Source: Selaginella moellendorffii (Eukaryota > Plantae > Lycopodiophyta). Taken from it: DNA of 64,000 nucleotides. The stretch is from NCBI RefSeq assembly GCF_000143415.4, contig NW_003314306.1, positions 528,897 through 592,896 on the forward strand, read 5' to 3'. Numbering within the stretch: position 1 is the stretch's first letter; every line of letters begins with the position of its first letter. The notes beneath the pieces were generated by a model. That model saw nothing but the letters and a program-made list of their open reading frames with translations, was not told where the DNA came from and made no database searches. Below are positions 13,280 through 25,334 of this stretch, piece after piece. Both the position numbers and the translations under genes were made by a program.

Positions 13280-13665
13280 TGTCAAGACCCCCAACAAGAT
13301 CAAGACTAAAAAATGCTAAAGACAAAGAGAAAAGCTAGTGGAAACAAAGAAAAGGCCTTAGACTAGCGTTGATTCATATTGTGGAGAAATGGAACAAGGT
13401 TAACATATATATACTATAGGTTGATGAAGCTCCACCACTCTTGGATCGAGGACGGCCTAAATATAGCTGAGGTTGAGGAGGCGCCACATCAATATCAGGA
13501 ATGTGGCTTGAGACTCAGGAATCGGGAAGTGTCTTGAGAGTCAGGAATAAGGAAGTGTCTCAAGAGTCAGGAATAGGAAAGTGTCTCGAGAATCAGGAAT
13601 GTGGTCTGCAGGTCAGGAATCCGGCAAGAGTCAGGAATGTGGTAAGAATTGGGGGATTCCTGACA
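13280..13665 (-). repeat. 3' LTR of the chromovirus; contains a ~22-nt tandem repeat (GAGTCAGGAAT..)
   Basis: Direct repeat of 18480-18865 with TGTCA..TGACA termini. Confidence 0.95.
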
Positions 13666-13669
13666 GCAC

Positions 13670-16600
13670 TCAAGAATGAGTGGAACGAGGATGTGAATGA
13701 GAACGATGAGGAGGATGAGATGAGCGGCGAGGGATGGGAGATGGAGAAAAAGAATGAGGACTGGGACGACTAGGATAGCGACGGTGGAAGTCCTGAACAA
13801 GGTCAGGAAAATGAATCAGGTTGTCCGCAAGTTCCCAAGTGCATTCTTCAAGCCCGTAACCCTTCCAGTCGACCAGATAGTAGAGTTTAGACCATGAAAT
13901 CTTGGAATCAAGGATGTCCTGAACCTCATACTCAGAGCCATCCTCGAGCTGCACTGGTGGAGGTGGAGGAATGACCCGATTGGGAATAGGATTGGGAATA
14001 TAAGGCTCAAGGAGAGAGGAATGAAAAACGGGGTGAATTTGATATGAGGAGGGAAGTGCAAGGCGATAAGTGACAGGATTAATGATGGCAGTGATAGGGA
14101 AAGGACCGAGGCATTTGAAATCAAGTTTTGGACAAGGCCTGGTGGTGGAGATATTTCGCCTGAGGAGCCAAACTTTATCCCCAATATTGTAAGGGGAACA
14201 ATCCTGACGATGGACATTGGCAAATGTTTTGTGAGATTCCTAAGCACAATGGAGGTGGAAGGAGATGGAGTTGTGGATTTCTTGGAGGTTGGAGACAAAT
14301 GCCTCAGAGCGGGGATTTGAATGAGAGGATTCGGATGGAGAAGGAAGTGAGAGATTGAATCGGGGATTTTGGCCAGAGTTTGCAAAGAAGGGGGAAATTC
14401 GAAGAGAGGAGTGAATAGAGTTGTTATAGGAGAACTCAGCAAGGGGAAGGATATCGAACTAGTTATCCTGATGATAGTTGATGAAGCACCTTAAGAATTG
14501 TTCTAACGTCTGAATTGTTCGCTCGGACTGCCCATCAGTTTGAGGATGATACGCCGAAGAGAGGTTGGCCTTCACTCCAAGCAGCTGCAAAAACCGTTGC
14601 CAGAAATGAGAGATGAACTAAGGCCCCCGATCCGAAACCACATCTGTAGGAATCCCATGAAGTTGAAAAATTTCCCTAAATACCAGTTTTGCCATGTCCT
14701 CGCCTGAAAACTCCTTGGTACATGGCAAGAAGTGCGCCATCTTTGTGAAGCGATCCACCACGACTAAAATGCTATTGAAACCTCCAAAACTCGGAAGATC
14801 ACTCAAGAAATCCATGGAGATGGATTCCCAAGGACCTGAAGGGACTGGAAGGGAACAAAGCAAACCTGAAGGAAGGTGGCAAGGTACCTTATTCCGGGCG
14901 CAAGTGTCACAGGAGGTAACAAAAGCTTTGATGTAGTCGTCCATGTGAGGCCACCAAAAATCCCGTGCAACTAGCTCATAGGTTTTCGCAATGCCGAAGT
15001 GACCAGCAGTCGGGCTATCATGGCATGCCATTAGGACCAACCTTCGAGCATCACCTTCAGGAACGTAAAGCTGCTCCCCACGGTATAATAAGCCATCTAA
15101 GAACTCGAACTCGTCAAATCGCCGGCAGTCAGGAGTCACAGGGTGTCCAGCCTGAAGATGGGGGAAAATGTCACTAGCGAGATCATCGAATTGAAGATCA
15201 TTTCTAATGGCATCCATCAAGGAGGAGTCTTGAGGGGCCAGGGAAATTGCCATAACTTGAAGCCGATCAAGACCGAGGATAATTTGATCCTGTTGATCGA
15301 AGGCAGGATTACCAGGCCTGAGACTGAGATAGGAGCACCTTGAAAGAGCATCATGAAGGCCTTGAAGCTTTCCAGGTCTGTACTTGATAACAAAGTCAAA
15401 CCGACTCAGAAATTGTGCCCACCTTGCTTGACGACGGCTTAAAACTCGGGAAGTGGCAAAGTACTCGAGATTTTTGTGATCTGTCCAGACTGTTGTTTGA
15501 TGGCCCACCCCCTCCAAGAAACGGCGCCACTCTCCAAAGGAATCCACAATGGCAAGGAGCTCCTTGTCGTGGATTTCGTAATTGATCTTTGTAGGCTGGA
15601 ATTTCCGAGAATGGAAAGCGACCGGATGAAGTTCTTGATCCGCTCTGAGTTGAGACAGCACAGCACCGATGGCAAAGTCGGAGGCGTCAGCCTCGATGAA
15701 GAAAGGTTGTGAGGAATCAGCATGGATCAAAACGGGGGCAGAACTGAAGGCTGCCTTGAGTGTGTCGAAGGCATGCTAGGCAGCAGTAGACCAAGAGAAG
15801 GGAACATCCTTGTGAGTGAGATGCGTGAGAGGAAGGACAATGTCAGAGTAGTGATCACTGAATTTGCGGTAGAAGTTGGCGAAGCCAAGGAAAACCTGAA
15901 CGTCCAACATTGATTGTGGAGGCTCTCACTCGAGAATAGTCTTGACTTTGGTAGGATCCATCGTGATACCCTCAGGAGTGACAATGTACCCAAGGAACTC
16001 CACAGACTGCTGATCGAAGGAACATTTCTCAAGCTTCGCATATAGGCCGTGTTCTCGCAGCTTCGCCAGCACCTTGCGTACATGTTCGTCGTGCTCCTCC
16101 TGAGTTCTTGAGTAGATGAGGATGTCATCGAGGTAGACGATCACCATCTGATCAAGAAACTCCCGAAAGACGTCGTTCGCCATGTGTTGGAAAACTGCTG
16201 GAGCATTTGTCAAGCCAAATGGCATGACAGTGTACTCGAAGTGGCCATAGCAGGTTCGGAATGCAGTCTTCCATTCATCACCAAGCCAGATCCGGATTGT
16301 ATGCGCCACAAAGGTCAATCTTGGTGAAGAAGCGGGCACCGCCGAGGTGTTCCAACAAGTCCGAGATCAGGGGCAGTGGATAACGGTTCCAAATAGTCAC
16401 CTTGTTCAAACTTTGGTAATCAATGACTAGCCGCAAACTCCCATCCTTCTTCTTGACAAAGAAGATAGGCGCTCCAACCGGGGACTGCGAATGCTGAATG
16501 AACCCCGAGGCAAGGTTCTCATCCACGTACTCTTTGAGGGCCTTAAGCTCAGACGGGGATAACCCGTAGATAGGTCCTCACGGAGGTGACGCTCCTTCCT

Positions 16601-17438
16601 GTAAATCAATGGGACAGTCATAAGGCTGATGAGCAGGCAGTACACTAGCTTTTTTCTTGTCAAACACATCCCCAAAATCATGATACTTCTCAGGAAGACT
16701 GACAGGAAAGACATGCAAAGCAAAAAGGAAAATAGGTTCTTCATGAAGGAATTCTTTCATAGTGATTGTGGAGATAGGAGGAGGTGTACGACTAAATGGA
16801 ATGATGAGACGAGGATACTATCCAGTGTAAGATGGAAGAGAGGAAAAAGAAGAGGGTGAAAACTTCGTAGAGTCAGGAACAGAACCTCGATTTAAGTTTA
16901 GGGAACTTTTCCTGATTCGGACTCGATGAACAGTAGGGGAAGCCGTGGGAGATGGTGATGTGGGAGAGATGAGTTGTAAGTCCTTCCAACAAATCTAAGG
17001 CTGATGTAGTTGGAACCAAGGAAGACCAAGCACCACAGAAGAGGACTTGCTGTTGATGATGTTGAAGGCGATATCGGTGACGGTGGACCTAATGTGTACT
17101 CGAATAGGCAACGTTTCCCTAAGTCCAGAAGATGGAGACACAAAATGCCCGCCGATGCCTTCAACCCTCAGATCCCGTATGGTAGGAGAAAGAGGAACAT
17201 GATGTCGGGCAGCAAAGTCCGTATCCATGAAGCAGGAAGTTGCACTCGAGTCCAATAGCGCTAAAGCCTTGAGTCCTGATTGTCCGATGAAAGAAAGGAG
17301 ACATGGGACACGGAAGTTGCGAGAATTGGTGGTGGCTTTGATGAAAGGTGGTGAGGAGCTTGATAAGGAAGAAAAGTGATTTTTATTCGGGGAGTCCAAA
17401 TAGATAGCTCCTACTCTGTTTGGACAGGGTCGTTTCCC
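13670..17438 (-). pseudogene. pol: Chromovirus pol (protease, RT, RNase H, integrase, chromodomain), broken by stops and frameshifts
   Basis: ALLDSSAT (protease), [12 protein letters not shown] and [10 protein letters not shown] (RT), EADASDFAIGAVL (RNase H), HDSPTAGHFG..C..C, SMDF, SDRG (integrase), EYEVQDILDS..YYLVDWKGY..TWE (chromodomain); split over several ORFs. Confidence 0.93.
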
Positions 17439-18388
17439 GACTGCAACAGAGGTGGACTTTGAGGCAGAGTGAACTCGAGCAGTCGGGGAGGCTTCTTGGG
17501 ACACACAGCTGCTTTGTGATTAGGATCAGCATAGTAGAGGCAAAGATTATGAGATATTCGATGTTGCTTCTCAGTAAGACTCAACTTTCCTCTAATGAGT
17601 CGGGGAGTACCAGAAATATCCATCAGGACCGGAGCAATAGGTTTAGGACTATGCCCCGAAGACTCAAGTTGGGATTCCTGAGTCTGGGACAGAAAAACAG
17701 CAGCGCGGCGACTTTCTTGACGACGTTCAAAGAGACGATTGTCACATCGAACAGCTTTGTTGATGGCATCCGACAGGTCCTTGGGATCCTCCATGGTGAG
17801 CAACAAATCCTTGACACCGTTGTTGAGGCCGAAACGAAATTGGTCAATCAGGGCCCGCTCATCCCACTGAGTGTCCAAGGCAAGGAGCTGGAACTCTGCA
17901 GCATAGATCGAGGCAAGTTGAGACCCCTGAGAGAGACGTCTCATCTTTGTGGTAGCAGCCCGAACCCGATCCGTCTCGCCAAAACATGCTTCGAGCTTCT
18001 CTTTGAACAATTGAAGATCCATCAGCTCCGGAACCACGACCCCTTTCATGCTCCTCTCCAGAAGAGGAGAAAACCATGACAAAGCTGCACCCTCGAGCAA
18101 CGTCCCAATCGCGCCGATTTGAGACTCGGGAGTGGGGTACCGCCAATGTTGAAGTGCAAAGATCAGCTCCATTTGGTTCAAAAATCCACGAAACTCCGAA
18201 CGCTTGCCTGAAAATTTCACCGGGAAACTCACCTTCGGTTCAGGAACTTTGCTGGATCCTTGAGCCGAAAGTGAAGCAAGCTCCTGCTGCATGCGAAGAA
18301 GGGTCGCCTTCAGCTTGGTATTCTCAGACTGGATTTTTGCAAGGACTTCGGCAAAGAAATCAGGATGGCTTGGAAACTCCATTGGCAA
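17411..18388 (-). CDS. gag: Chromovirus gag (capsid + degenerate CCHC knuckle)
   Basis: PVKFSGKRSEFRGFLNQ..LLEGAALSWF..LSQG..YAAEFQLLA..FRFGL..LCLYYADPNHKAAVC (second Cys mutated). Confidence 0.9.
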   Translation of the reverse strand: MPMEFPSHPDFFAEVLAKIQSENTKLKATLLRMQQELASLSAQGSSKVPEPKVSFPVKFSGKRSEFRGFLNQMELIFALQHWRYPTPESQIGAIGTLLEGAALSWFSPLLERSMKGVVVPELMDLQLFKEKLEACFGETDRVRAATTKMRRLSQGSQLASIYAAEFQLLALDTQWDERALIDQFRFGLNNGVKDLLLTMEDPKDLSDAINKAVRCDNRLFERRQESRRAAVFLSQTQESQLESSGHSPKPIAPVLMDISGTPRLIRGKLSLTEKQHRISHNLCLYYADPNHKAAVCPKKPPRLLEFTLPQSPPLLQSGNDPVQTE

Positions 18389-18479
18389 GAAGAAAGAAAA
18401 GAAAGGGGGAAAAAGACAAAGGCAGTCAAATAATCAAAACGAGCTAAAAGAAAAGCAAAAAGCACAATCTGAATCAAAC

Positions 18480-18865
18480 TGTCAAAACCCCCAACAAGAT
18501 CAAGACTAGAAAATGCTAAAGACAAAGAGAAAAGCTAGTGGAAACAAAGAAGAGGCCTTAGACTAGTGTTGATTCAGATTGTGGAGAAATGGAACAAGGC
18601 TAACCTATATATACTATAGGTTGATGAAGCTCCACCACTCTTGGATCAAGGACGGCCTAAATATAGCTAAAGTCGAGGAGGCGCCACATCAATATCAGGA
18701 ATGTGGCTCGAGACTCAGGAATCGGGAAGTGTCTTGAGAGTCAGGAATAGGGAAGTGTCTCGAGAGTCAGGAATAGGAAAGTGTCTCGAGAATCAGAAAT
18801 GTGGTCTGCAGGTCAGGAATCCGGCGAGAGTCAGGAATGTGGCAAGAATTGGGGGATTCCTGACA
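18480..18865 (-). repeat. 5' LTR of the chromovirus (TATA-like TATATATA ~18606-18613)
   Basis: Direct repeat of 13280-13665, upstream of gag on the minus strand. Confidence 0.95.
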
Positions 18866-21800
18866 ATACCTTTAGGTGTTAGTCATGGGATCGGACACAT
18901 GGAGCACTTGGACCAAGTGCAAAGGTTGAGTGGCACAAATACCATTCTCGAGGTTAGCAAGTCCCTAAATCCAAAGTAGGATTTCTAAAGGTTGTGAGTG
19001 AGACTCCTTTAAGTGGTTGAAGGTGTGGTTAAGTGATTAAAGTAGAATGGAAAATTTATTCACTTACAATTTGGTTATACATGTGGGTGATCTTGAGCTT
19101 GAGTTGTAGTTATTGCAGGTGGTGCCGAGTCAAACTTTTGACTTCATCTTTGGTATGGATTGGTTGCACCATAATCATGCCAAGTGTGACTTTGAAGCTT
19201 CTCCCCTTTGTTTTATACTTCCTTACATATCTTCCATTCTTTTCACTTTTATTCCTTTTTGTCCCTCTACTTTTACCTCTACTTCAATCACTTTTGTCTT
19301 CCCATTACTTCCTTTTATATTTCTGTTTTATTCCTCTCTTCCCTTTTCCGATCCCTTTGATGATCTTTGTGTTGTAATGATTGATTGCCTCATGAAAGAG
19401 TATGCCGATCTCTTTGAATTTGACTTATCATTTGGGGCCAAAATTGCAACACGTGATCCTATTTCAACTGGGGATGCTAGCCTAATCAAGGTTCATGTTC
19501 ATTGTCGGTCACCCAAAGAGATCAAAATTTTACATGTAAATGTCAAGGAGATGTTGGAAAATGGAGTCATTCGAAAGTCACAGAGTTGTGTGAACCTCAT
19601 ATTGTGATAAAGTCTAATGAGAATATTCATTTTTGCATCGACTATCGTTTGTTAAACAAAGTGACGATCCCAGATGTGTACCCTCTTCCTCACATTGCTA
19701 ATTTGTTTGATTAGTTGGGAAGAAGTTATTGGTTCACCAAGTTAGATTTTACTTTTAGTTATTGGCAAATATCGGCTAAAGAAAATATTTCTAAGATTTT
19801 TTTTTGTACACCATTTGGTTTGTATGAGTTCTTAGTGATGCCATTTCCATGATCGACTGCTGACAATAAATAATCAATATTACTTTTGATTACTTAAATC
19901 ACTGAGTGGAAGTTAGTGCTCTTGCTAATGCATTTATAATTGTTATTGGATACTTCCTTCTCAATCAAGTGGTATTCCAACATTCTTGTTTTATGAAAGT
20001 GTGACATATCCCCAATTGAGACATTAAAACTTGAAATGCCTCAGCCATAAATGCGAGATCATTATCCCAAAGAATCCGTTTTAGCATTTATCATCCACAA
20101 TCAGATGGTTTGGTGAAATAGCTTATTTGGACCTTCAAAAAGATGATCGCGAAGTATATGAACTTTCAACATTTGAATTAGGATGATTATTTGTCGTCTC
20201 TTCAGTTATGCATACGTTATAGGGGTGCAGAGTTCTTTTGGTATTTCACCATATCAACTCCTATATAGTCATCATCCAATACTACCAATAAAGTTGGGTT
20301 TACTTTTATGATTGCCACAAGCTGTCAATACTAGGTCGTGGGATCAATATTTGATGAGCATTCTTTCACTTATCCAAGTAGAGTTTGCTAAACATGTAGG
20401 CCACGCATAAGTGGGACAATAATAGCATTACAACTCCCATCATCATCCACCTACGGAATATAAAGTGAATGACTTGGTGTTAGTTTGTTTTTTCAATCTT
20501 ACAATACATGGTTTATCTAAAGGGCTCCTTGTTCAATGGAAAGAACCGTATTGGGTGTTGTGGTAAGTATATGAGGTTGGGCATAATGTTTAGCAAGCCG
20601 ATCCTCCAGAAATTTTGCATGTATAGCAATTAAAATGCTTCATACAAAGGGATCAAGAACAATTGGCACCATCTACAAATCCACTAATTCCTCTTTCTAA
20701 TGTTCCTCTAGATCCTGACCCATTTACAAAAGAATTTTGATGGTTTTCTATCATTCTAAAAGGAGGGGATGATATGAGGTCCATTTATATAGCTACAATG
20801 TCATATACTAATATTAGTGTAATAGGATTTTAGTAGCTATCAAATTAGTTTCAATCCCGACCACTTGCTCCTCTATATAAGCTAGGGTTTTTAGTCTAAT
20901 TAGGATGCACATTTCTGTATTCTCTTTCTCTATTCCATGCACTCATAAGTGTTCATTATTTGTACTAATAAAATTAATAATTTTTAAATTTAACTTCATC
21001 CCCAATGTATTTTTATAGATTTAAAAGATAATGTTTTGAATTTTGTTTTTGGGCCAAATTCTCTAAAATATTCTTTAGATATGTTTTTTCTCCATTTACT
21101 TACAATGTTTCATTGAATCCTTAAATGCTGACCATAGATATAACAAGTTCCTGAATAGCAAAAATAATTTTAATTATAAAGTAAAATCAAGAAAATAACT
21201 ATACTAAAATGCATTATAAAGGCTTTCACAATGTATTAATCTATTTTTGTTTCTCAATATATCTTGTTTTTATAGTTAGAAATCACTTCAAACTCCACCG
21301 TATTATTTACTTTTTAATACTGTTCCTAAGTCTATATTAAATTAATAAATACATCTAATTCTCTAATTGAAATTTGTGTCATGTGTACATGTGGTACTAT
21401 ATTAATATTAACAAGCCTTCTTACACCATCCTCATCACCACCTCCCACTATATATATACAAATCCCTGCCACCATCTTCACCATCTCCACCACCACCATA
21501 CGTGTACTAATCTCCACCCCTAGCATCTCCATTGCCACTTCCTCCTTACTACTACAAGTGGCTTTAGTATATTTATTTCTATATCCCAAGTGCTTACATT
21601 ATAGTCATTACACTAATAATATCATATCCAAAGTAATCTAGGGAACTTAATCATGCAACAGCCAACCCTCTTCACAATTGTTATTGTGGTCTTTGACAAT
21701 GCTTTTTTAGACTCACCAATCACAACATTCTTGTCAAAATCAATAAGTCAACTTGAACATCAATTGGAATAGATCTTTGCCAACAAATGTCTTGAATATC

Positions 21801-23708
21801 CTAATATAGAACTAGGTGAAACATTATAAAATTCAGAGCTTCCTTCCCCCAAGTAAGCCAATTACGGGTGATCACTTGATTGTAGGGCCCTTTTATTATC
21901 CTGACCTACAACCCTTTTGTCACTAAAGAATACTGTAATTAAAACTTCTGGTCAAGAATAATAAGATAAGAAAAGATTCTGTGAGCTGAGAAAGAGCTAT
22001 TGCGATAGTAATGATGTATTGAGTTTTAGTTTGATAGAGCAATTACAATGACCTGATGCCTCTAACACTATCCCACCAAGCTGTAGCACCAGACTTCACC
22101 AACTAGATCTCCAAACCTCTATTCACTTGTCTAGGGGCATAGGGCAGGAGTGTAAGGAGAGGTAGAGATTGTGGACTACCTTTAAAGTAGTGGTGTCAGC
22201 ACTAATGGAGAAAAACAAGTTATTAAGCTTTTCTTTCTCTCTATAATACATTTTATGTATGTAGTTTCAAAGATTAAAGAGGGAGAATCAGAGCATTTAG
22301 TGTTGAATCTAGCAGCATTACCTAATTGAAAGAATTAGCCCCTAAATGAGACTTTGATTCTTGTGGGGATCAAGCAATAGGAACTTGCAAGGATGGTGAT
22401 GATAAGTGGTAAGATAGTGCTAGTTGTTGATATCACTGGACACATCACAAATGCCTACAACAAAATCAAAGACTAAAAGTGGTAATTTAGGAGTGCAAAC
22501 TACCTCACAAGCTGCAACAAATCATACCTCATTGATATTCTTGTTGGAAAATTTGAATGTGGACAATGGAAATGATAGGGAAGGTGACCAAGGTGATTAG
22601 GTATAGGAGTTGGAGTTTAAGAAGCTCAAGGAAGAAAAAAAGAAGAGAATAAGTCAAACACTTTTTGGTGTTCTGAAGGACATGAATGCTCTTATCACTA
22701 GCAAGATTAAATTTATTGCCCTCCAGTAGAAAACAGTGATTTTGATCAAAATGGACAAAGCTGCGTTAAATGCTCAATTCTCATTGGAATTTGAGAATAT
22801 GCCTAACATGATCCTTAGAGAACTAAATGGAGCAGTAGTAAGAGCAACATAATTGTGTGTTCATTAGCCTAGCTCACACTTAATTTCTTCATGTCTTGAG
22901 CATAGGTGCTATGGACAGATTCATGTTAGAATACTGCAATAATGCTTGTTGGAAATGAAAGCTATAAATGAAAAAAAAAAACTTTTATATTGGAATATTT
23001 ATAAGGAACACTTCTTGAAGATCAATTCTTGTTGATGTTTGAGATATTAGAAGCACTTAGTAAGGAAATTATAACATTAGTTGATTGTTTGGTGTTTAAG
23101 TTAACTTTATAAGTTAAATACTTCTTCTCAAGAATACATAATCTCATTAGATCAAGAGAATAATAATATAGTAGCATGACTGGAGGATAAAATATAATCT
23201 GATCCATGTGGCAGCTAATTATCTTTTTTTTTTTGTGAGATTTAAAAATTCTTTGGAATTTAGGCAGGAGAATCAAGAGTGAGGCAATCTAGGGAACTTT
23301 AATGGATTCAAAGAGATCAGCAGCAAAACAAAGAGGTAGCAACAAGTTCTAGACAATAGTCCAGATCATGAGAAATCACAAAAATCTTGGGTTTGAATGA
23401 TAAAAGGGTGAGGATGGAGCAATAGAGGGCCTCACTATTGCCATTTCTGTCATGGCCAAGAAGCTACTAGAAAGGTTGTGTGTAGCATCTTTTGGTGTTG
23501 CGATCTGGTGGGGAGAAATCTTGCTGCAAGAAGACCCCTGGACTGCAATTGGTGGGCCAGACAAGTTCAAGGAGAAAAAGGATTAGCTCAAGCCAGACAA
23601 GCTACACCATATGGATTAAAACTGATTTAAAACTGTTTGCCGCACCCTCCAATGGAAAACCTTTCACAAGCATTATCCTATTTAAAGGTTTGTTCAAAAT
23701 GTAGGTTC

Positions 23709-25093
23709 ATGGCTACTTCTTTGGTCTCCTCTCAATTTGCTGGGGCTCTTGTGGAGCGCGGGTGGTCTGGAAGAATTAGGTCGAAGAGATTCTCGGGCAT
23801 TGTGGCCGCATCGAGGCCTGGAGATTTTGAGAGCGACGGCGAGCTCATCACCAAGCGGCTCAAGGATTTGTCGGTAATGTCAATCTTCTCTAGAAGTACT
23901 TTGAGATTGGGACGGGAATGCAGGATAGCCTATTGCTGCCTCGTGATTTCCTGAAGTCCCTTCCTCGAGATTTGCAAGTGGATGTAAGTCAGTGATCCAT
24001 TTATCGAGTTGTTCCAATTGATCTTTGTTTGGCTCTTCTCTTTTGCTCACAGGTTAACGATGCAGCGTTTGCACTATCCAGAGGTCCTGTTCATCAAGAG
24101 GTGCCCCGTTTTTCTCCTCCTTTCGCTTCTCTTGTTTTGTTCTTTCTAAGACAAAGCTAAGATTTTCTTTAGTGTGGAAGCCAAGTTGGAGAGCTTCTTC
24201 AGCGGCTTTCAAAGGCGTGGGAGCGATCCGACACGGACTCGGTTGGAGAAATTGGCAAGGCTTTCACGGGTTTGGAGGGAGCAATCTCAAAGAGTGGCAA
24301 TGGACCTGGTAAAGTTTTTCAACGTATACTCGTTCTCTTCCATGAGTAACTTCTCGTTTGCTTGTTTCATTCATGCAGCCTTTGGAAGGAGACTGATCAG
24401 AGCTGGGAACTACTTCAAGTCCACAGGACAATATGCTCAGGGCGAATTTCAAGATGTACGCCATCGTTTCGTTTCTTTATTTTTTGCGTGTGTGTGTGTG
24501 TGCGCGCGCTAACAATTTCTTATCAAGTTTGCAGATAGCCAAAGCTCTCTTGGCTCTTGGAGAGGCAGTGGGAGGGCGAGAAGCTCCAGAGACTGACATA
24601 TCCACCATGCCCAGAGTTTTGAAGGTAAAGAAAGAAGAAGCTTTTTTGTTTTTCATAGAAGAACTAGAAACTCGTATACTTCTTCCACGACCAGTTTGGA
24701 ACCTTACAAGTAGCGATCACGCCGGGCAAAGCGTTCACAGGAGCGGCCATTGCCTTGGTTTTCGGGTATGATTTTTGGTTTCTTCTTCACTATCAAAACA
24801 AGCCTCCTTTTTTCTATTTTATGAAGGTTTTTATCATGGCAGCTTGCCGCGGCTGTCAAAAACATTCCAGAGTCTTCCCTGAGCTACGCAAACGACAATG
24901 CTCTAATGGTTGCGGCTGTAAGTCTTTAAAAAAACTTTCCTCGCTTCTCATAGCTCGATTTGCTTTGTTTCTTCCATTTTTCCAGTCTTTGCGGGGAACT
25001 CTGCTTGCGATGGCCTATTCATGTGCTGGTCTCAGTGCATTCTCCACTGTCGGCTTACTCGTCCTTGGCTTCCAGGCCAAGAACAAAGAATAG
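23709..25093 (+). CDS. Multi-exon conserved plant membrane protein, probably plastid-targeted (resembles Arabidopsis At5g37360 from memory)
   Basis: Transit-peptide-like N-terminus; spliced blocks LPRDLQVD/VNDAAFALSRGPV../AFGRRLIRAG..GQY../FGTLQV..AFTGAAI../IPESSLSYANDNAL../SLRGTLLAMAYS..GLLVLG. Confidence 0.8.
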
Positions 25094-25153
25094 AGCTATA
25101 CTATGAGCAAAGGAAGGATCTCTACAATTCAATGTGACCTTTGAACATCACTT

Positions 25154-25225
25154 GTCGTTGTAGTATAGTGGTAAGTATTTCCGCCTGTCACGCGGACGAC
25201 CCGGGTTCGATCCCCGGCAACGGCG
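25154..25225 (+). tRNA. tRNA-Asp (GTC)
   Basis: GTCGTTG/CAACGGC acceptor stem, TCCGC-CTGTCAC-GCGGA anticodon arm, GGTTCGATCC T-loop, TTTTT terminator at 25231. Confidence 0.97.
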
Positions 25226-25334
25226 ACATCTTTTTGCTAAAATCATACTAGTTCTTTTTTTTCTTTGTGGTGTTCTTGAGTCTCGGCCTTTCGTTTTCGC
25301 GGATAAAGCTCCATAATTTTCTTCTTTTCATTTC

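Larger units (their letters stand above)
13280..18865 (-). mobile_element. Full-length but defective chromovirus (Ty3/gypsy; Tcn1/Tf1-sushi-like) with 386-bp LTRs
   Basis: TG..CA LTRs at 13280-13665 and 18480-18865 (17 substitutions by manual alignment), TSD GTACC/ATACC, gag-PR-RT-RH-IN-chromodomain order. Confidence 0.95.
9282..20947 (+). mobile_element. Old, degenerate Ty3/gypsy element of the same family as 1-1128, interrupted by nested insertions (partial 5' LTR 9282-9406, gag remnant ~9541-10260, pol remnant ~19050-20740, PPT 20758-20769, 3' LTR 20770-20947)
   Basis: LTR similarity between 9282-9406, 20770-20947 and reverse-complemented 950-1128. PPT AAAAGGAGGGGA precedes TG. Pol remnants: FIFGMDWL (protease), FCIDYRLLNKVTIPDVYPLP (RT), YHPQSDG-like (integrase). 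That both ends belong to one insertion is inferred. Confidence 0.65.

Noticed and set aside
13501-13773. ORFs in the LTRs (also 18701-18979)
   Set aside because: By-products of the 22-nt LTR tandem repeat on the non-coding strand.
17420-18079. Long antisense ORFs over gag, LRR, PPR and CR genes
   Set aside because: Shadow ORFs opposite real coding sequence, with no motifs.
21000-23600. AT-rich region with a possible LINE endonuclease SDH motif and short ORFs
   Set aside because: Too degenerate to support a call.
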